Shown piece after piece: positions 61,024 through 64,000 of a stretch of 64,000 bases of DNA. The notes under the pieces are model-generated. The model saw only the letters and a list, made by a program, of their open reading frames with translations. It was not told where the DNA came from and searched no databases. The stretch is taken from contig MU053487.1 of NCBI GenBank assembly GCA_013239625.1, positions 2,253,058-2,317,057 of the forward strand. Reading direction: 5' to 3'. Made by a program: the position numbers and the translations under genes. The stretch's first letter is position 1. Each line of letters opens with the position of its first letter. The DNA comes from Lama guanicoe. Its lineage: Eukaryota.

Positions 61024-61954
61024 CTGAGAGACTATACCCTTAAATGATATCAGTCACCTCACTGATCGTCAGGGTTGGTTCACCTGATTCAGAGGACCAG
61101 ACAGGAGCCTCGCGCATGCCCAGTGGGAGAGGACGCCCTTCTCCCATAGAGGACTACTCTTCAGTCAAGGGTGTGCAAGCAGCTGGGCTCCCCCCGTCAG
61201 AACCTCCAAACACGTTCTCAAGGTCTTATTACTTCTAGTTTGTAAATGAGGAAATGGTGCTCGCCATTATTCTTAATACGAAGCTACCCCTTTTACCTGG
61301 AATGCCCCCCTCTCCCTCCTGGCACCCCTCAGTCCGCCTGCTGGAAAGTCCTGCCGTCTGTGTAGGCACCGCTCAAGACAGACCTCCCAGACTTCCTCCG
61401 AGGGAGGATTCAGGAGCTGGAAGCCTCCCGGAGTGTCCGTCTACAACTGCAATCTACCTTTCTCACAGGGCTGCCTGGCACTATGTTCTACCACTGTCAG
61501 CAGCGCCTACATCTCACGTGTGTACATTCTCCGCCAGCCAGTACAGGGCCCTCAGACATACAAGGAGCGGAACTGCACTGAAAAACGAAGACGCAGAAGA
61601 GGTAAGATCAGACAAGACACTGAGGGGAGAAGAAAGGGCATATTGGAGAGAAAGTCTGAGGCCAGATTATGGGGACACTTAGTTCCTGGCCGATAAATTC
61701 AGACTCCAGACTTGAGTGAGCCCTGGAAATCACCCATTTTTGAGCCTCCAGGTAGGGTGGACCCTGAAGGGTGGAGGATGAGCTGGCCCCAGGGTGACCA
61801 AAGGAGAGAGCCCCGGAGGCCATAGCTGGACACGAAACTCATCCTAGTTCAAGGCTATGATCTGAGTATTCTTCACAGTGAAACAGACTGCTCAGTATAT
61901 CCCTGCAATTCTCTGTATTTTCTGTGTTGTGCAGTTTTCCCCCAAATGGCCTGG

Positions 61955-62452
61955 TTTCCTCTGAATATGCCACCCCATAATATACCACCTTAGCATATTG
62001 ATTATTTTGAATTGAAAGTACTTGAGAAACAGCCAGTGCAAGAAGGACACTCTGACCCTCCCCCCTCCCTTTGAAAGTAGGAGATAAATCTCCCATGTGA
62101 AGTCACCCTCCCAGTACCAGGAGGGTAGAAGACATCCTTATCACTCGTCGCAGGGTATTCAGGGCCGAGAGGGCTATATAAACAACCCTTGTTACTTTTT
62201 CACCAATTTATTACCCCAAGCCCAAACCCTTTGTCTTGTCAAGTCTTCACAAATTTATTGTTCCTTTGCCTAAAAGGTATAAAAGCTTCTTCCTGTTCTG
62301 GTCACTTCTTTGAGTCTCATATTTTTACAGGGCTCCCATAGGCTTGAAATTACATTTCTTTTTCTCCTGTTAATCCGTCTTATGTCAATTTAATTATCAG
62401 AACCAGCCAAAGAACCTAAAAGGGAAGAAGGGAAATTTTTTCTGCCCCTATA
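61955..62452 (+). mobile_element. Solo ERV1 LTR, MER34-like
   Basis: gaatatgccaccccataatataccaccttagcatattgattattttgaattgaa..., TATA-like tatataa at 62175, ends ttttctgcccctata; related to 40476-41013. Confidence 0.75.
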
Positions 62453-63417
62453 CGGCCAAAAGGTCATCACCGTTTTCTAGGGTTCTTTCCAAATGCTTCC
62501 TCCATTGCTGGGAGGACTCAGTGCACAAAAAACAAAAACATCTCAATCTAGACATCATCATCAAATACAGACAGAGCTAAACCCAGACTTGTCTTGGCTC
62601 CAACAGACACACAGAAGGCCCACCCGCCCACCAGGCTCACAGGAGCTCAGACAAACATGCCGTGGGGGCTGCAGGTGCACACTGATATTCACCACCCAAG
62701 CGAAAGATGGGGTCGATTCAGGTAAGCTAGGTCAGGGTGTCACAGGTAAAGCTTGTTCACCCTTCCAGATTCTCTACAAAATCAAGGAAACAAGGCAACA
62801 CTGACTCAGGAAATTTGAGACAAAGAAAAATGTCTGGTCAGGTAGAATGGACAACCTCACTAATCAAAGGACAAACACTGCTCTTGGTTTGGGCACTGTG
62901 ACATTTTGGCTGTCAAGAGATGTGTGTTTACTAGGTTCAGTAACAGTTTCTCTAAGTTTAAACCCGAACGTTCTAGCCACCCCACCTCTGCCCCCATCAC
63001 CGATCTCAGCTGTAATGTCTTGTCTTCTTTGTGAAAGAGACTGTCCATTTCCCCCAAATTCTTCTTTCTTGCAAAGGTTTCTCATAAAGATTTCTCGGCC
63101 TTAAGAACCTCAGGCTGTACCCCAAGGAAACTTGTTAGAAAAGGCATGAGCCACGGTCAGCTGTGTCACTGACTGGAAACCCGCAGGCAGGGCAGCGACC
63201 TATGGGCTCTACTTCCCTATCTGGAAAGGCAGAGGAGAGCTTGCTCCCCGAGGTCAATAAAAGCAATGCCACTTTTGTGATGATGACCAGAGGCCCACAC
63301 CCCAGCCCCACTTCAGTTCTTTAAAACAGCCTCAGGGTCACTCACCCCCACCCAAATATGGAGCCTGCAGGCTCCACTTTGGTGGCCAAACATCTTCATA
63401 CCAAGAAGCAAAAATGA

Positions 63418-63570
63418 GGGGGAGGGTATAGCTCAGTGGTAGAGTGCCTGCTTAGCATGCGTGAGGTCCTGGGTTCAATTCCCAGTATCTCCACTAAAAA
63501 AAAGTGCATAAATAAAAAATAAATAAAGGTTATTGGCATATAACCTGATTAATTTAAAAAAAAAACCAAA
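63418..63570 (+). mobile_element. Vic-1-like SINE with well-preserved tRNA-Ala head
   Basis: gggtatagctcagtggtagagtgcctgcttagcatgcgtgaggtcctgggttcaattcccagtatctcca followed by an A-rich SINE tail. Confidence 0.9.
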
Positions 63571-64000
63571 ATAACAAGAGCGTACACAGCATGGCAGTGG
63601 GCCCTTGGTAGCAAGCACAGGAAAACAAAACTAATCAGCAAAAAGAAGTTAAAGAATTCCACAAAGGCACAGTCTCTTTTGAGAGCCTGGGAGAGTGGTG
63701 TCTAACCCCAGATCCATCACTAATTAGCTGTGACGACTGACAAGTGATGGGCTTCAAGCCCATCTATAGAATGTTCACAGCCCTGTTCCTGACCCTGCAG
63801 CTTTGAAATTCTGTGCAGACTTCAAAAATCCCCTTTTGAATTTATGAATCCAGAGTTTGTGGCCGCCTCTCAGCACTCTCCTTCCTTCTTCCTCGAAAAC
63901 AAAAAAAAAAAGCGTAATGGCAAGAAGCCATTATTCCTTAGCACTCACAGAGGCCCCACCCTGCTCACAGCAGGGCAGACAGCCAACTTGGTGCGGCCAG

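Noticed and set aside
63418..63493. tRNA-Ala(AGC) gene
   Set aside because: One of at least 14 diverged copies followed by a shared A-rich SINE tail, several with TSDs; these are SINE heads, not tRNA genes.
1..64000. CRISPR array, prokaryotic operon or intact transposase/retroviral genes
   Set aside because: No regularly spaced repeats or gene-dense segments; all mobile elements are short or degenerate fragments.

Overview
Mammalian genomic DNA, most likely camelid judging by the dense tRNA-Ala(AGC)-derived SINE family resembling Vic-1. The window holds the 5' and central coding part of TRANK1 (TPR and ankyrin repeat containing 1) on the minus strand. I resolved 19 coding exons (the last truncated at position 1), all bounded by GT-AG and joining in frame into about 1800 codons. 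The order is: three TPRs, ankyrin-repeat region, low-complexity linker, candidate RelE/ParE-like domain, UvrD/Rep-type superfamily-1 helicase with motifs I, Ia and II-VI, start of the C-terminal TPR-like region. No first exon or CpG-island promoter was found in 47-64 kb, which is probably intron 1. The rest is intronic: SINEs, L1 fragments (several with target-site duplications), MaLR/ERV LTRs, MER DNA transposons, microsatellites and two N gaps. The main hypothesis is a RelE-like ribonuclease domain fused to an apparently intact SF1 helicase, with a Hsp70/Hsp90-type TPR clamp partly encoded by a skippable exon. Family names and comparisons with human TRANK1 are from memory, not database searches. 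Almost all other ORFs in the track are spurious.
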